Below are positions 11,201 to 23,108 of a DNA stretch of 64,000 nt, in pieces. The stretch is from Takakia lepidozioides. Lineage: Eukaryota; Plantae; Bryophyta. The DNA is taken from the NCBI GenBank assembly GCA_030704615.1, contig CM060733.1, forward strand, positions 54,498,001 through 54,562,000, written 5' to 3'. Positions within the stretch are counted from its first letter, which is position 1, and each line of letters starts with the position of its first letter. The position numbers were made by a program, and so were the translations under genes. The notes under the pieces are model-generated. The model saw only the letters and a program-made list of their open reading frames with translations, had not been told where the DNA came from and ran no database searches.

Positions 11201-14022
11201 TGAAGCCAGCGAGGAAGGAAAGAGGACCATGACTGCAATGACAATATTGCCAGCACAAGGTTTCCAGAAAGGCTAAGCTCCTGAGCTGTGTCCAGGAACA
11301 CCCTCTCATGGTCTGCATCCCACCTGCGCAAGGCCTTTTGAAGGTCTCTTTTGACTGATGCACCACCTCTTGTGACAACAGTCTGAGGATGGGGAAGTGA
11401 CAAGCAAAGTAATGCAGCACCAGGTAGATCTGCCGCTGTAACACTTTTGGCCCTTTGACCTTTCATGTTCCACTCTGGTGAGAACAAAGCATGGGGTAGT
11501 GCTTGCAGTAGTTTACTGAGTTTTGTGAGCCCCACTTTCTCTTCCCTCTGACCCCGACGCCGTATTGTGTGCTCATAAGATAGAGCCTTGATAACGAGGC
11601 CTTCACAAACAGGTAATACAGCAACTGATTGTTCAGAGAGAACCAGACTGTAAAGCTGGCCAATCCTATCAGGGGACAGCGCCTTCAAGACATCCACTTC
11701 ATACAAGCAGAGAGACTCAAAAGCAGCAGCACGTGTTCTCCACCATAGATCACCATCCCCACTTTCCTTCCCCCTCTTAGCAGCAGCCTCCCACAGATAC
11801 TGTAAGACTGTGACCGCTGCTTGTGGGTAAGCCATGGCGTCCATGGCTCCATGGCCCAGCAGCATGCACAGGCTTTCAGCTATAAGAGGAACAGATGGCA
11901 GCGAAGGGAAATGGTTTGAAATAACCCGCCAGGCCGTGTAAAAGTCTATTGCATCCTCTTTACACAAGAGAGCCAAGCTTTGCAGGCCTAGTGCACACAC
12001 ACTTAAGTTACTGTGTTCAATGCATGCTTGCACTGAGAGGACCAGGTCAACCCCTCTATCAGGATCCTTTTTGCAAACATCGTGTACTGAAGCAGCCTGG
12101 CTCAAACACAAGTCAAATGGATTTGTGACTTTTGAGATGTACTCTGGCTGCAGTGCCTTTTGAAGGTAAGGAAATGCACGATCGGTTAACTCCCACGTTT
12201 TGCACAACAGGCGCACTGCACTTGCTTGAACTACCGAGTCGGATTTGAAGTCCAACAGGGGCTGCAGTGTTTGGACAACAATTGGCACAGTCACAGGGTG
12301 GCAGGCCAAGGCCGGGAGCACACGCAGGAGCCCCAACTGCAAATCTGAACCTGGATACTCGCTGAGGTGAGTGCGCAGCCTGAGGCAGAAAAGCACTACT
12401 GGAAGCAAGGACACCCCCCATATAGGCTCTGTTCTGCCAATCGCCGCAAGAGCTTCCACCCCTCTGACACTCCTTTCGGAGTTTGGATGCAGTGCCAAAG
12501 CTGTCCCCAATATACAGATCCAAACCACAATATTTTTTCTTAGACCTGCACCAGACCGAGAAATTGCACCTCCCTTCCTTCCCCCTTGACTGAGCTTGCC
12601 AAGATAGTGCACAAGCGCTGTGAGCCAATCTCCTGCTAACTCCAAATTCGTTGAAGCATTAACTGGAGAAGAGGACCGAGAGACCCATGTTTCAACTTCT
12701 TTCCCTGCCCAGATAGACAGTAGAAGCCGACAGACACCCATGGCCATCTGCTGCTCTCCCCACTTCCAAGTGCTGGTGTCAAATGTATTTCTTGTGGCAG
12801 ACATTGAGTTTGCAACAGAGGAACTCCAGCAGTCTCTTACATGCTGCTCGACAGCTTGCAGTACACGGGCTGAAGCGCCCTTCACCCAAGTTGACGGAAA
12901 TGACATGACATGGAGAGCTGGGAACACCCACACAAGTATAACTGGATTGACCTTTTGCTGAGACCTCTTTTCTGTGGAAGGCCCATCTTCCATCCAGCGT
13001 AGCGCCAAGTCTAGAAGCAGAAGCTGTTCCTGCTCTAGCTCTGCCAAAGCCATGATGTGTGCTAGAGCCACCATGTGCGCTTCCAGTGCCAACCAATTCT
13101 CTTCATCATCGTCCCTTAGTAGGTATACCACCCGCCTAACCAAAACGAGTGGCGTCAAAGGGGACACGCCCTGTGCTCTAAGCTCATGACTTAGCCCCAT
13201 CAGCACATTCAAGAGCTCCCCTCCTAGCTTCCTGACCTCTTCCTTGTCGTGAGCTTCCACTTGATTCAAAAGACACTCCAGCACATCCACCAGTTCTTTT
13301 AATGCTGCAACAGCAACCTCCTTCTCCTCTGTTGTCTTAAGAGGACAATACTGTGCATAGTGAAGTAGCAGGTATAGAAAGGGGGGTGCGTAGACGGGGC
13401 GTGAGCAGGCTAACAATGTTAGCTGCGAATGAAGTTGTCGAGCAAACAGCGCGTGACTACTTGAAGCCAATGGCTGTAATAACACATGGCTCATAAAAGG
13501 TCGTAGAAAATCTAATCCAATTGCTCGCTTTCTCGGAGATTCCTCCAAGAGAACCAAACCCACCAGCTGAATGATTGCCAAGTGCCCTTCTTGCCGTGAT
13601 TCGAACGCCTTTACTAATGGATGGACACCTCTTTCCCACACCCGAGCAATGAACTTACCCTCATCGATCCTTTTTATAAAAATCCGACAGAGAAAACCTA
13701 TTCCATTCACGACGCTCTCCACCGAATTCCCCCCCACAGAATCCAAGGCAGATTGCAGCTCCTGCAGTCCTCTCTCAACCGGAAGTTGATCGTCTTCACA
13801 TAGCTTGCAAATTTCGCGCACTGTTTGGTCAACAATTGCGGGTATCTGCGATGCGAGGCACTGCGCCAATGCCTCTTGCCCTGCTATGGACTTCAAGCCT
13901 GTATGAGAAGGTCCTGATTTCAACTTCTCAAAGATGGCGTTCACAGCGTACCTCTGCAGCAAGGGGTGAGGAATCTGCAACTTCTCCAAAAGCAAGCTGT
14001 ACGGGTCACTTGTCGTCGCCAT
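8254..14022 (-). CDS. RST1: RESURRECTION1 / focadhesin-like ARM-repeat protein (DUF3730), single exon, 1922 aa
   Basis: N-terminus YSLLLEKLQIPHPLLQRYAVNAIFEKL...VDQTVREIC...RGLQELQSAL matches plant RST1. Internal motifs DPDRGVDLVLSVQACIE, IDFYTAW, HEHRQWSAA and PRLPALDWG. Uninterrupted 5769-bp ORF. Confidence 0.92.
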   Translation of the reverse strand: MATTSDPYSLLLEKLQIPHPLLQRYAVNAIFEKLKSGPSHTGLKSIAGQEALAQCLASQIPAIVDQTVREICKLCEDDQLPVERGLQELQSALDSVGGNSVESVVNGIGFLCRIFIKRIDEGKFIARVWERGVHPLVKAFESRQEGHLAIIQLVGLVLLEESPRKRAIGLDFLRPFMSHVLLQPLASSSHALFARQLHSQLTLLACSRPVYAPPFLYLLLHYAQYCPLKTTEEKEVAVAALKELVDVLECLLNQVEAHDKEEVRKLGGELLNVLMGLSHELRAQGVSPLTPLVLVRRVVYLLRDDDEENWLALEAHMVALAHIMALAELEQEQLLLLDLALRWMEDGPSTEKRSQQKVNPVILVWVFPALHVMSFPSTWVKGASARVLQAVEQHVRDCWSSSVANSMSATRNTFDTSTWKWGEQQMAMGVCRLLLSIWAGKEVETWVSRSSSPVNASTNLELAGDWLTALVHYLGKLSQGGRKGGAISRSGAGLRKNIVVWICILGTALALHPNSERSVRGVEALAAIGRTEPIWGVSLLPVVLFCLRLRTHLSEYPGSDLQLGLLRVLPALACHPVTVPIVVQTLQPLLDFKSDSVVQASAVRLLCKTWELTDRAFPYLQKALQPEYISKVTNPFDLCLSQAASVHDVCKKDPDRGVDLVLSVQACIEHSNLSVCALGLQSLALLCKEDAIDFYTAWRVISNHFPSLPSVPLIAESLCMLLGHGAMDAMAYPQAAVTVLQYLWEAAAKRGKESGDGDLWWRTRAAAFESLCLYEVDVLKALSPDRIGQLYSLVLSEQSVAVLPVCEGLVIKALSYEHTIRRRGQREEKVGLTKLSKLLQALPHALFSPEWNMKGQRAKSVTAADLPGAALLCLSLPHPQTVVTRGGASVKRDLQKALRRWDADHERVFLDTAQELSLSGNLVLAILSLQSWSSFLPRWLHAKVSVLKGETPSNCNEDHLSKAGISIFKLLRETCEKGIPRVADNATLAIAALSQAMPLSARSEVRMMSNYLEAQLAQDGHEHRQWSAALALGVVASCLHPTDWSRKSEIVHQLVEHASNSDRGVVRGACGIGLGLVSQSLLRGDVAGQSAGGSEGASKQREIKLLSHILGSLTGLLRQACPLAAHALQALAQSPLLRGVIVDIGEQVEEKHPEDHDMWEVGGLVWGLGSSVTAVERAQCPGVVVEITNLIISWLPRISTPQERGNLHSTGGSQRGGLVNSLAMGALLALPTCVEVSSRLELLEDSVDSLLQALSTFIKKGVDEMTTAEGAERCPGTVVAAACLGAGNLLGAVLEEGACSLQEEEVYNLMRAMQNGSAVLLLSSSRLSAMTGLANVLGAGAALLAPLRRRQHTGELAALTGALDSANKQFHISDPLIKETSCEDEVRTMVQALLAVARDGADAQERSSAAWALGFMHTAFLEAFREGGLDEDRSDTEEHPTKGQPGPLWHWGYPLRALQSLPEDSALRRLSSWLLTCKLTEPTCTPPPQTVVSVLRCLEKSPRLPALDWGGLLRWLMRGQSSAVGVPGKSVPKIGCGLEQVRQQCVLLAIAHGEFVPPLATFLDELCELARLITIEPPLRNLLMQHLGDLPHVFSESRTGKLFKDLRELIVRLGRPWESLVEREAESGEAFSVCVWQGLSHCLRGSVDTNQHISQVKDLESCMEALFDFLTMPNWALAKEDNSTEKVKAWGQQDWAAAIDCLTHAPKDWLLEFLRVPSVDLPGKDRCLLMAKKAIIARARLVVVGCLPASELKSAHAWLTNHLPPEGHGLLLEVAMAVKEAPLEDKREWFLDTLDAVCISPYPHTALQLLGLLSSCWNHSALLLLADPNIALEDLPFSLPSLLCQPSWSPTCNSFIQKWMAILDRAAEGGTSWNGSPLQKSIIPSLDSKNTLCILKTTCIGLRDQLPLHIRLKLANLDINAS

Positions 14023-14355
14023 TCGGAAGCACTACGGCTCCTCACCCGCCTCCCACACCACTGCTCCACTCCAGAGGACGGTGTGCATGTCTACAGCCAG
14101 CGGACCTGTAAAAGCAAGACTTTTAGCAACTCGACAGAAAGAGAGACAGATCTCTCAAACCCACCAAACGATTCTGAAGAAATTTCGTGAGGAAACGAAG
14201 AAAAGCATCTATCAATCAAACAAATGCATGAATTCAAGCGACGAGAGAGAGAGAGAAGAGAGATCTCTCAAACCCGCACAGCAAAACTTCTCTCATACAA
14301 ACGACTGCAGAAGAGCACCTTCAAAAGCTAGGGCGCCATCCTCGTTTGAAAGATT

Positions 14356-14406
14356 CATCCATCCATCCATACATCCATCCATCCATCCTTGCCCAGCATC
14401 CATCCA
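14356..14406 (+). repeat. Imperfect (ATCC)n microsatellite upstream of RST1
   Basis: tcatccatccatccatacatccatccatccatcc...catccatccat. Confidence 0.85.
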
Positions 14407-14513
14407 TTTGTTGGTTTCCATCCATTGGACATCCAGAAATAGGTAAATAAACAATTTCAAATTACGCGCGTGAGAATCTCAGCTAACTGGATAGGCGATG
14501 ATCATTCCATTCT

Positions 14514-14523
14514 GCCACGTGGC
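14514..14523. promoter_or_regulatory. Perfect palindromic G-box (GCCACGTGGC) in the divergent RST1 / transporter intergenic region
   Basis: 10-bp palindrome matching the extended G-box/ABRE bound by bZIP/bHLH factors; function not shown. Confidence 0.4.
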
Positions 14524-16165
14524 CAAATCTTGTGCTCCACTGACCGTAAATAGACATTAAAAAATGAGGGTAATTATGTATGTAGTTACTGGGGCATATT
14601 TGTCGGAGTCTTGGAGGGCAGGGCTAACCTGGGCTGGGAGCCAAACTAACCGCAGGTCAGGATCGCTCGGGGCGTGAAGAGGTTGCAGGGTGGGGAGGGT
14701 GGGGCCACCCTCACAGACTGGGCACAGTCTGTTACGAGAGCCTCGAGGAGTTCGGGTTTCCCATCGACTGTACACTTGATACGTGTCTGGGACAGTGTGA
14801 CTGCTGGGAATAGTGTAGCAGTGGGGATTCGGAAAAGCTTCAAATGATCGAGGTTGGTAGGGAAGCGCTGCATCTTTTTCGTGTTGGGAACGTAAAGTGT
14901 GGAATTGTACTGTCGGAGACTTAGTTTCAGAATTTTTTGAGAAGTGGGATTTTGGTTCTTCTCTCTGATGAGAATGGCGATCTCTGGCCTGCGCCTTCGC
15001 TTGTCTGTGGTAGCTCTGCAATCGAATGACATTGTTGCTCAAGCTTAAATGAGCTATCTAGGGAGTTTAATTTACGCGATGGGGACTGTGACAGTTGGGC
15101 TTTGTTCGGAGCATGTGCAATGAAGGTTTGGGGCTGTGTAAGGACCTACAAGAGAATCCGGGAGCTTATTTGGAGACTCGGAGCACTGGGGTGACTATTT
15201 TGCCAGATTATTTCAGCTGCATTCTGCAATAGTTGATCCCATCGTATGCCCGGTTCTACAGAGGACTTTGGAGAAATTTCAGGTGTGTGGCATCCAGCAA
15301 ATGTGCCTGGCGGAGAGGAGATTTCTTGGGGTACTCTTTCTTGATCAGTCAGAGGTCGGGCTCTGGTGATTTGACGTAGAGAGGAGACTGAAAACAACTT
15401 CGAGATGTTTTTCCCCATAGCGGCAGGCGCATGCTGAACAAGACTATAACCGAGAGACAGGAGGGAAGGCAGAGCTTCGCAGGCACACCCTTCCCGGACT
15501 TGTGATTGTATTTGGGATTTTCCAAGCCTCTTCAAATGTTGAAGACTTGTTGAAGATTTATTTGAGCCGTTTTAGAATTGTGGATCAAATTGTGTATCAA
15601 TGTGCAAAGGCAAGGGACGATTCACGGACCGTATAAGCATGGGCCCTTCTATCCGTGTCGGTGGTAGTTTTAAAGGGTACTGAGGCGCGTCAGGAACTCA
15701 TTTCCCGGGTTATTACACCCAATATTCAGCTGATTCCAAGTCTGGAAGCCTGGAGCTCGAGGGCATTTTGCAGCGCTGATTAGAGAGCTCCCTATTCATT
15801 AGTTGATTAGCTGGGAGAAGGCTTCAGTAGACGCCTTCGAAGGAGCGTCGGTGTTTGGTCATTACCTTGACCCCGAAGACACAAAATCTTTTCAAGGCAT
15901 ACATGGTGGGGCTCTCCCCAACGTTGGGTGGAAAGCATACAAATCTCGTTGCGTTATAAGCAGAGTGCGACACAATGCCATGATCTGTGGAAGCAGAGAG
16001 TCTGTTCTCAAAGAGTCACCGAGGGCTTGGAGAGGGAATGCAAGTTATGAGGTGTTTTCAAAGATGGGTTAGAAGAACATTGCAGGGAGGGCGAGGATCA
16101 TTCCCTACAGGCTTGGTCCAACAATAAGACAATTTACATGTGTGGACATTGTAGAGTTATCAGCC

Positions 16166-19100
16166 ATGAAGTTCTTCATTGGCAAAGATGTGCACAAAAT
16201 GCTCAAACGCAAAGACAGCGATGCAAGCGAGCACGGTAAGGTCCTCACCACGACTTTGATGGTGCCCGTTTATTCACAAGAACTTGGTGAGCAGTCTTTT
16301 GCTTTTAGATGAGTGTCCTCCTTCCAGGACTTATTTATACTGTATGCATCTGTCTACTCAGTAACATTCTCAACAGATAGGGAGCAAGTGAGAGCATCCC
16401 ATAGGTCTGCATGCTTTTGGGGCACTTTGGCAAATGCATGTGGAAATGATCTGCTGTGTTTTCACCTGGGTTAGTTTAACCTGACATTTCAGCATCGTCA
16501 ACAATTTCCAAATGCTGTGTACTCTTGACTTGTGACATCGTGAGTCAGGTAACAGAAGCTTATGCCCACGAACAGTCCGCATTACTCCCAAGTGTTTCTA
16601 GGACTTCAAAGATTTGACCCCAAATCCCTGTCTCTGCCATCCATGGGGGCCCCATTACAGTGGTAGACGGGTCACTTCAGTAGTGACCAGTATTGGGATA
16701 AACATGAATAGATAGGTTCTGGCCTTCCAGAGAGGCACAGAGCTCTTAACTTGAGTATTCACCTCAGATATTGCACCCAAGGAAGGCCACAGGCTTTGAT
16801 GTTTTCTTGAGCTTCTTGAAGTGAGGGACAGGAGGTGCAGTGACTGTCTGTTTGATGGTTTCAAAGAGTGTCTCTTGTTCAAAGCAATTGTAATGTTCTT
16901 AATTCTCACCACTGTGCCTGGGCAGCTTAGTGTACACTATCTTCAGTACCATGAATGTTGAGCCTAGTGCCCAATGTGGGGAGGAAATTCTAGACGTCTC
17001 ACTGAGCTGCTTCACTCCTTTGATGAACGAAGGACACCAGGATCACCTAGAGTTAGGAGCTCTTTTTCTGCCTTTCTGAATCTTGATCTGGTGATTTTCC
17101 CTTTCCAAGAGAGAGAATGTACTCATAAGACGTTGTTTGCCGTAGCCTTGTGGCCATTGACCCCGCGCCCAGTTTGAGCGGAACACAAAGGGACAGAACC
17201 TACCTCTGTCAGGGGCTGACGTTGGTAGTAGGACTTAACTTGATACAAAACATTGATCCGGGTTTTCCAGATATCCTCTAGAAATCCCTTCACACAAGCA
17301 TCAATCTGCTGTATGTGATTTGCCCAAAAACTAGGCCTCAGAAGGGCCTGGGCTTTTGGCTCAGCCTTGAGACTTTCAAAGTTGGTAAACAGAGGTACAG
17401 GCACAATTCCCTTGATAGATTTGAGGAGAGCGTCTCTTTGGTGAGAGAACCCCGGACAGTGAATCAGAAAATGAATATTGTCTTCAGGTTGACCACACAA
17501 CGTGCAATTGCACTCTCCCTTTCCTCTCTGCTTCTTTTTGCTGTTCAAAGGTAGGCTTCCTGCCCTGAGTTTAAATTTCAGTCTAGGGCCGAGAGTGGGT
17601 AGACCCTTGAGGTCACCAAGATGTCCTCCAGACTGGAAACAAGTTCAGGGAAGTTTTCTGCCTAACTTCATTTTCATCAGACAATTTCATGGCAACAGAC
17701 ATGGTTTTGGACACTACAGCCTCTAAGTCAGATTTATCCAGCAGGGCCAAGACTTGCGGATCCAGACCCAGGTCCTTGAGAATCTCTTGTACTCTCTTCT
17801 ACCAGGACTTAGCCTGTTTAACAGGGCGGTCCTGTTTCCAAGATATAGAGTCGATTAACTTAGGATATCTGGTGTTGGACATATGTTGCAGCTGACCCCA
17901 CCATCTGACCTTGAACTCATCTCGTCAGGAGCTTAAGGACGGGATGCCAAACTCACCCCGAACAGCCACATTGGCTGTTTTGGAGCATGCTGACATGCAC
18001 TCCTTAAGCACCCCCACTTGAATGGATTCTAGAGACTTAGCCTGGTTGGAGTTATCAACCCATATTGCAGATCCGTACTCCAAGGCAGGTCTAATTCCAC
18101 GAGAGAGAGAGCAAGACAGACAGATGTTCGTAGCTGATAACTGCCCGTTGGTACGAAACCCTCCCAAAACGTTGGGGGCAGAGAGTAATGAAAGTGTTCA
18201 TGTACTGGGGAGGTTGAAGCAGTTCGGGCACTGGAGGATCTGCAAGTAATGCTGTTGAATGATCTGCGGACATCAGAGGGAGCAAAGTGGCAACAGCAAC
18301 AGTTCTGTGGACCATCTGTCGCTCTCACTTTCAACTTCATTGTATCTGTGGGTATCATCTTGATGAACAAAGTGGTACTGAACCAACCCTCCTGTTGTTT
18401 GAATCAGCATGAGTTTTGATCTGTCTTTGTGTGTGTGTTGTTATTTAACCTGTCTCGCGTATAATGCTTGTAAAACTCAGAAAGCCATGTCATTCAAAAG
18501 TTCTGTTCTTGTACTTTGTGTGCACCCCTGGGTGTTGGTGGCAGGTTCTGGACAAGGTGGGTTTCAACTACCCAATTGCTCTCTCACTCATACACTATAT
18601 TGTGAGCTGGTTTTTAATGGCGGTTCTCAACACTGCATCTCTCCTTCCGGCTGCACCCCCACCCAAAGCAACCCCCTTTCTGACTCTTTTGGCACTAAGC
18701 ATCGTCATGGCATTCTCAACTGGTTTGGCAAACGTGAGCTTAAAACACAACAGGTGAACATTGACTCCACCTGTTGCTCTTGTATGATAGGTATTAATAT
18801 TAGAATCAAACTTGAAAGTGTTGGCCCTGTTCTTTTGTCAAAGATGGTGAATGTGATGACTAATGAAGCAGTGCTTGGGTTTTTCCCTGTTCTGGTATCG
18901 AAGCCGGCTATCTCAAGAAGGGGTTAGTTTGCACTACGGGCTCACGCGAGTCACTTGCCTCATTTCCCTCTTGTGCTTGCTTGAAGAAACAGACATGGAT
19001 AGATTATCTTTTAGCTCAATACAACAATCAGTGCTGGCTCTCAAATAATCTCAAGCACACAGTGTTGGAGCATGTCAGTGATGAGGAAGCTCAAAGAGAC

Positions 19101-21099
19101 TAATAAGGCACGTTGAATTTCTTTGCGGGATTATAGTGTGGGGTTCTACCAGATGGCCAAGATTGCAGTAACACCCACTATTGTGCTTGCTGAGTTCCTT
19201 GTACTTGCCAAAAAAGTGTCATTCCATAAGGTACCATCTCTCTTTTTCTTCAAGTACTTGGGATTCTCTGTTAGAGAGAAATGTAGGTAGGACCTGTAAC
19301 TTTGTGGCGTGCCCAGTTTGGTTTGTACAAGACGGAGGGAGGGAGGGAGGGCTGGAGAGTTGCTGAATCTGGCACCTATGATGTTTTGAGTTATTGGTCA
19401 CCCCATGTACATTAGCTCTGGTTTAGGCTTGCGGCACACAAATAAACAGTCCAAGGCAATAAAATCTTCCTACAATTGCGATGGGGGCAGACATGAAACA
19501 TAGATTGGTAGGGAGACAATGATGAAGGCAGAATAGTTGGAAAGAAAATGACTATGAGAGCTTCCGTTTATACCGACATGCCTAGAGAGTAAGTCTCCCA
19601 TGTCTTGAAACAGGACCCAAACCATGGAACTAAAGCAACTTTTGTGTATATGCAGGCTGTGGCGCTATCAGTGGTCTCAGTAGGGGTAGCAATAGCATCT
19701 GTTACGGATTTGCACTTCCATTTGTTTGGTGCTGTGGTTGCCATTGCTTGGATTATACCAAGTGCTATCAACAAAATTCTATGGTCTAAACTACAACAGC
19801 ATGACAGCTGGACTGCTTTAGCGTAAGTCCAAAGGACCTGGTAGACCTCTAAGTGCACTGCTTGAGAAACCTTAGGCCTCATCTAAAAATCTCCTAGATT
19901 TTCCGTCACTTCCAGCCCTCCCCATCAATACATTTGCCTTTGTTATCAGACAGTGAAGAGTATAACTCAAAGTCATAGATAATGTTCATCGGCTGCAGGG
20001 GAGCTATGGCAGTTCCACACTGGCAATGTAATCCAATGGTGTGGGTTGTACTCTATGGGGTTGATTGCTGCAAGGCTCTCTTGCAATTGGAAAGTGTTAC
20101 ATCTTTTGTCACATCCTGGCTCTTCTGCCTCGTGGTCGCCCCTTCATTCCTTTGCTTTTCCATTAACTACGTTGCAGCCAGTTCAGAAGGATTTCATATG
20201 TGCTGCTCAGAAATTGCTTGACCTGAAGTGTTAGTGCTGCATTGTGTGGGTTCAAACCCACTCGTGGTCTCTTTAAATAGAGTAACGAGTGTTTCTGCGA
20301 CTCTTTGGAACAAGGATTCATTGATTAGATTACAAGGGACTGCTGAAAATACCCACCTCCTGACAGGCAGTAGCCCTGGAATGTTAATAATTTTTACTTA
20401 CTCTGGCTTTAGCTTCATTCTTGTTCTGGTCAAGCTGATACCTGTTATGAGTCTGGGTGTAGGCTGATGTGGAAGACAACGCCCATCACAGTGTTTGTGT
20501 TGGTGGCACTCCTGCCCTGGCTGGACCCTCCGGGCATCGTGTCCTTCAACTGGAGTGTCACTAACACTAGTGCCATCTTCATGTCTGCGATTCTCGGCTT
20601 TCTTTTGCAATGGTCTGGTGCTCTAGCGCTTGGGTACGTATGTCTTCCTTTCAATGAGCATTAGGGTCAATGGACAAGCTTCTGTGACATTTAGCATGGG
20701 TCTCATATTAGAAATTATCAGTTTGATCCCAGTAACTCAACACAACAGATAACACATGGTGAGTATTCCTCTACAGTAAAGGACTGACATGTCGTTGGAT
20801 TTCGCAGGGCGACGTCAGCCATCACCCATGTTGTACTGGGACAGTTCAAGACGTGTGTAATTCTGCTTGCTGGATTCATGCTGTTCCACTCAAATCCAGG
20901 CCCAAAGTCCTTGCTAGGAGCCACCATGGCTCTTAGTGGGATGGCCATCTACACATACCTCAATGTGAAAGCAAAAGAGGGGGCCGACCCTACCTCAAAG
21001 CAATCAGCGCTCTTTCCAAATGTGGCATCACTTAAGCCCCACAATAAACTGAGCAGACTCAGCCATGGAGATGGGAAAGATGATATAGGATGTGTGTAA
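16166..21099 (+). CDS. Nucleotide-sugar/triose-phosphate transporter family protein (At5g55950/At5g57100-like)
   Basis: GT-AG exons 16166-16235, 18223-18374, 18545-18753, 19137-19230, 19656-19822, 20463-20633, 20808-21099 stay in frame. Motifs LKRKDSDA, CGPSVALTFNF, GLANVSLKHNSVGFYQMAKIAVTP, WTALALMWKTTP, HVVLGQFKT. Confidence 0.92.
17117..18094 (-). mobile_element. 5'-truncated LINE (RTE/RTEX-like RT thumb + C-terminal CCHC zinc finger), antisense in transporter intron 1
   Basis: RPALEYGSAIW...AVRGEFG...KLRAGSLPL...CTLCGQPEDNIHFLIHC, with stops/frameshifts. TSD ttccaagagagaga (17103-17116) / ttccacgagagaga (18095-18108). Confidence 0.88.
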
Positions 21100-22340
21100 A
21101 TTGAGGTCCAATCCTCAACAGAGAATTTTTTTGTATAGATTACGAAGAGACCCGTTTGAGAGTTGGCAGAGACATTCCTCCTTTCTGGTCTTCCTTTTGC
21201 CCTTCTATCTCTCTCCCAGAGTTCTTAGTCCTGTAAATCTCCTTTGCAGAACTTCATTTTGGGTCTCTTCTTACCTCGTGAAGAGGGTGGGAGGTGGATG
21301 CGGCTACTTACGGCATTGTCATCCTGCACTCTCTACCTCCAGCACCGGCTCTCATTTGGGCCCCCTTGGACGCACTTCCTTTAGTGGCAGTCCAGTGATC
21401 GGGAGTTTGTGCCTTGCCTGTGCATAACCAGGGCGACCCTGGGGTTTAATCCTTCAACATGTTCCTTCAACCCTCCATTGGGCCCTTGAAGGCCTGTGTG
21501 CCGAGCAGTAGCCTCTGTAAATTCTCGGGACATTAAACACACTTCAACTTCAACTTTGACATTCAGATTGTTTTTGAGTTGTTACGATGGTCATTTCTTC
21601 CTGTACTCGCTCTTAAGAATGAGTGTTATGGAGCAAAGTTCTGGAATAAAAGGGGGCCATACTTTCTGTTAGTTGTTGAATGTCTTTTGAATTCCAACAA
21701 AAGGATTAAAAGAGTTGAACAACCATGCACATTGCTAGTGTCCACCTCATGAAGGAGAAGTGCAAGATTGCCACTATTCTTGCAAAGTTCATCAAATTGC
21801 ATGGTAGGGTGTTTGCTGCGCCAGACCAAACTAAAGTTGGGCAAGATTGTTTTGAAGTTCAGATTTCATGTGTATACGAAAAACAAGCTATGATAGATTT
21901 GAAAGTGGAGGGAGGAGTCAGGTCAAATCTGTCAAACAAACAAAGTCAGCTGTGAATATGTATTCTCTCTACCATTGATGTCCAATCTTCTCCTGAAGAG
22001 CAACATAAATTGCGATCTTCACCCTAGTATCATGGGAAAGCTGGGTGGATCCTATCTCTTTCATGTTCGTGCACTTGCAGCTTCTCTAGCAGCCTCTCAG
22101 ACTTCCACATCCCTGCTAATCTAAAGAATCTCTGCTCAGCAGATACAGAGACTAGTTAGAAAGCCATCTCTATCTAATGTCTGCTTATGTTTCTTGCGGA
22201 TTGGACACCATCTCTGATCACAACCATTTCCAGTTGAATGCAAGGTTGAACATCACCCATCGCAAGAAATATCCATGCTGAAGGAAGCACGCCAGGCCTC
22301 AAGTACTAGTATCTCACTTTCGAAGGTTTGGCTTTGCTGC

Positions 22341-23108
22341 TCATGTGTGTCCTCCTCGCAGATCAAGGTAGGGAAGCGTAGAGTCCAAGCTCTCTGTCTT
22401 CGCGAGTTCAGCCAGCGGCTCGTTCATATCGTCCGCTGCTGCATTCTCAAGCTCTATAGATCGCCCAAACTCGGGGTCCAAGAGCACACCATTAAGCACA
22501 TGGATAATGAACAGGCCCCTTCTCAGATCTGTGTGCTCGCACTCAAGATTGTTAACTAGCAACCCCCTGCCTGGCACACGTGACAGATACAGTTTGTAGC
22601 CAGACAAGGCATCAGCTTCCATCTCAGCCCCCGTTGGCACTGTGCTCGAGAATATGTGCTTTGGAACCGCACAGAAGCTCAAAACTCGAGAGAGAATGGC
22701 GTAAACGTCCTCCATTTGCTGGGTATCGTTGTGTATGGAATTCAAATCATCTCCACTTTCTGAAATCTTTTGAAAAGTATTAGAAAATTTGAGGAATGCA
22801 GCTTCTGAGGGAACAAAGAGAGTGAAAGGCAAGTCCTCCCCCAGCATTGCCACCATCATCTCCCCAAAGCGTCCCACATATGGGATCCCAGCATCCCTCA
22901 TTGCGGGAGGATGTTTACGGGAATGGACACGATGACCAAGGGCGGAGAATGTGAGATTCCAGTCTACGGGCGCTGGAGCAAATGCATAGATTGCAAAAGC
23001 AAGAAATAGAAAGAAGACGACTGTAGCGGTGAGAATCAGAAAAATTGGTGTGGAGGCAGAGCGAGACCCAACAGGAGAAACAGTGGAAGACCAACGGGTC
23101 TTCACCAT
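22341..23108 (-). CDS. FAS1 (fasciclin) domain protein with N-terminal transmembrane anchor, single exon
   Basis: TM segment IFLILTATVVFFLFLAFAIYAF, then GRFGEMMVAML, H1 motif FTLFVPSEAAF and H2 motif IHVLNGVL. Likely start MVKTR (23108); the ORF is open to 23168. Confidence 0.85.
   Translation of the reverse strand: MVKTRWSSTVSPVGSRSASTPIFLILTATVVFFLFLAFAIYAFAPAPVDWNLTFSALGHRVHSRKHPPAMRDAGIPYVGRFGEMMVAMLGEDLPFTLFVPSEAAFLKFSNTFQKISESGDDLNSIHNDTQQMEDVYAILSRVLSFCAVPKHIFSSTVPTGAEMEADALSGYKLYLSRVPGRGLLVNNLECEHTDLRRGLFIIHVLNGVLLDPEFGRSIELENAAADDMNEPLAELAKTESLDSTLPYLDLRGGHT

Noticed and set aside
8432-14446. Many short ORFs overlapping RST1
   Set aside because: Antisense or alternate-frame shadows of a long CDS; the same applies within the PPR and retroelement ORFs.
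14557-16072. ORFs of 89-161 aa between RST1 and the transporter
   Set aside because: No recognisable domain; more likely promoter/5' UTR sequence.
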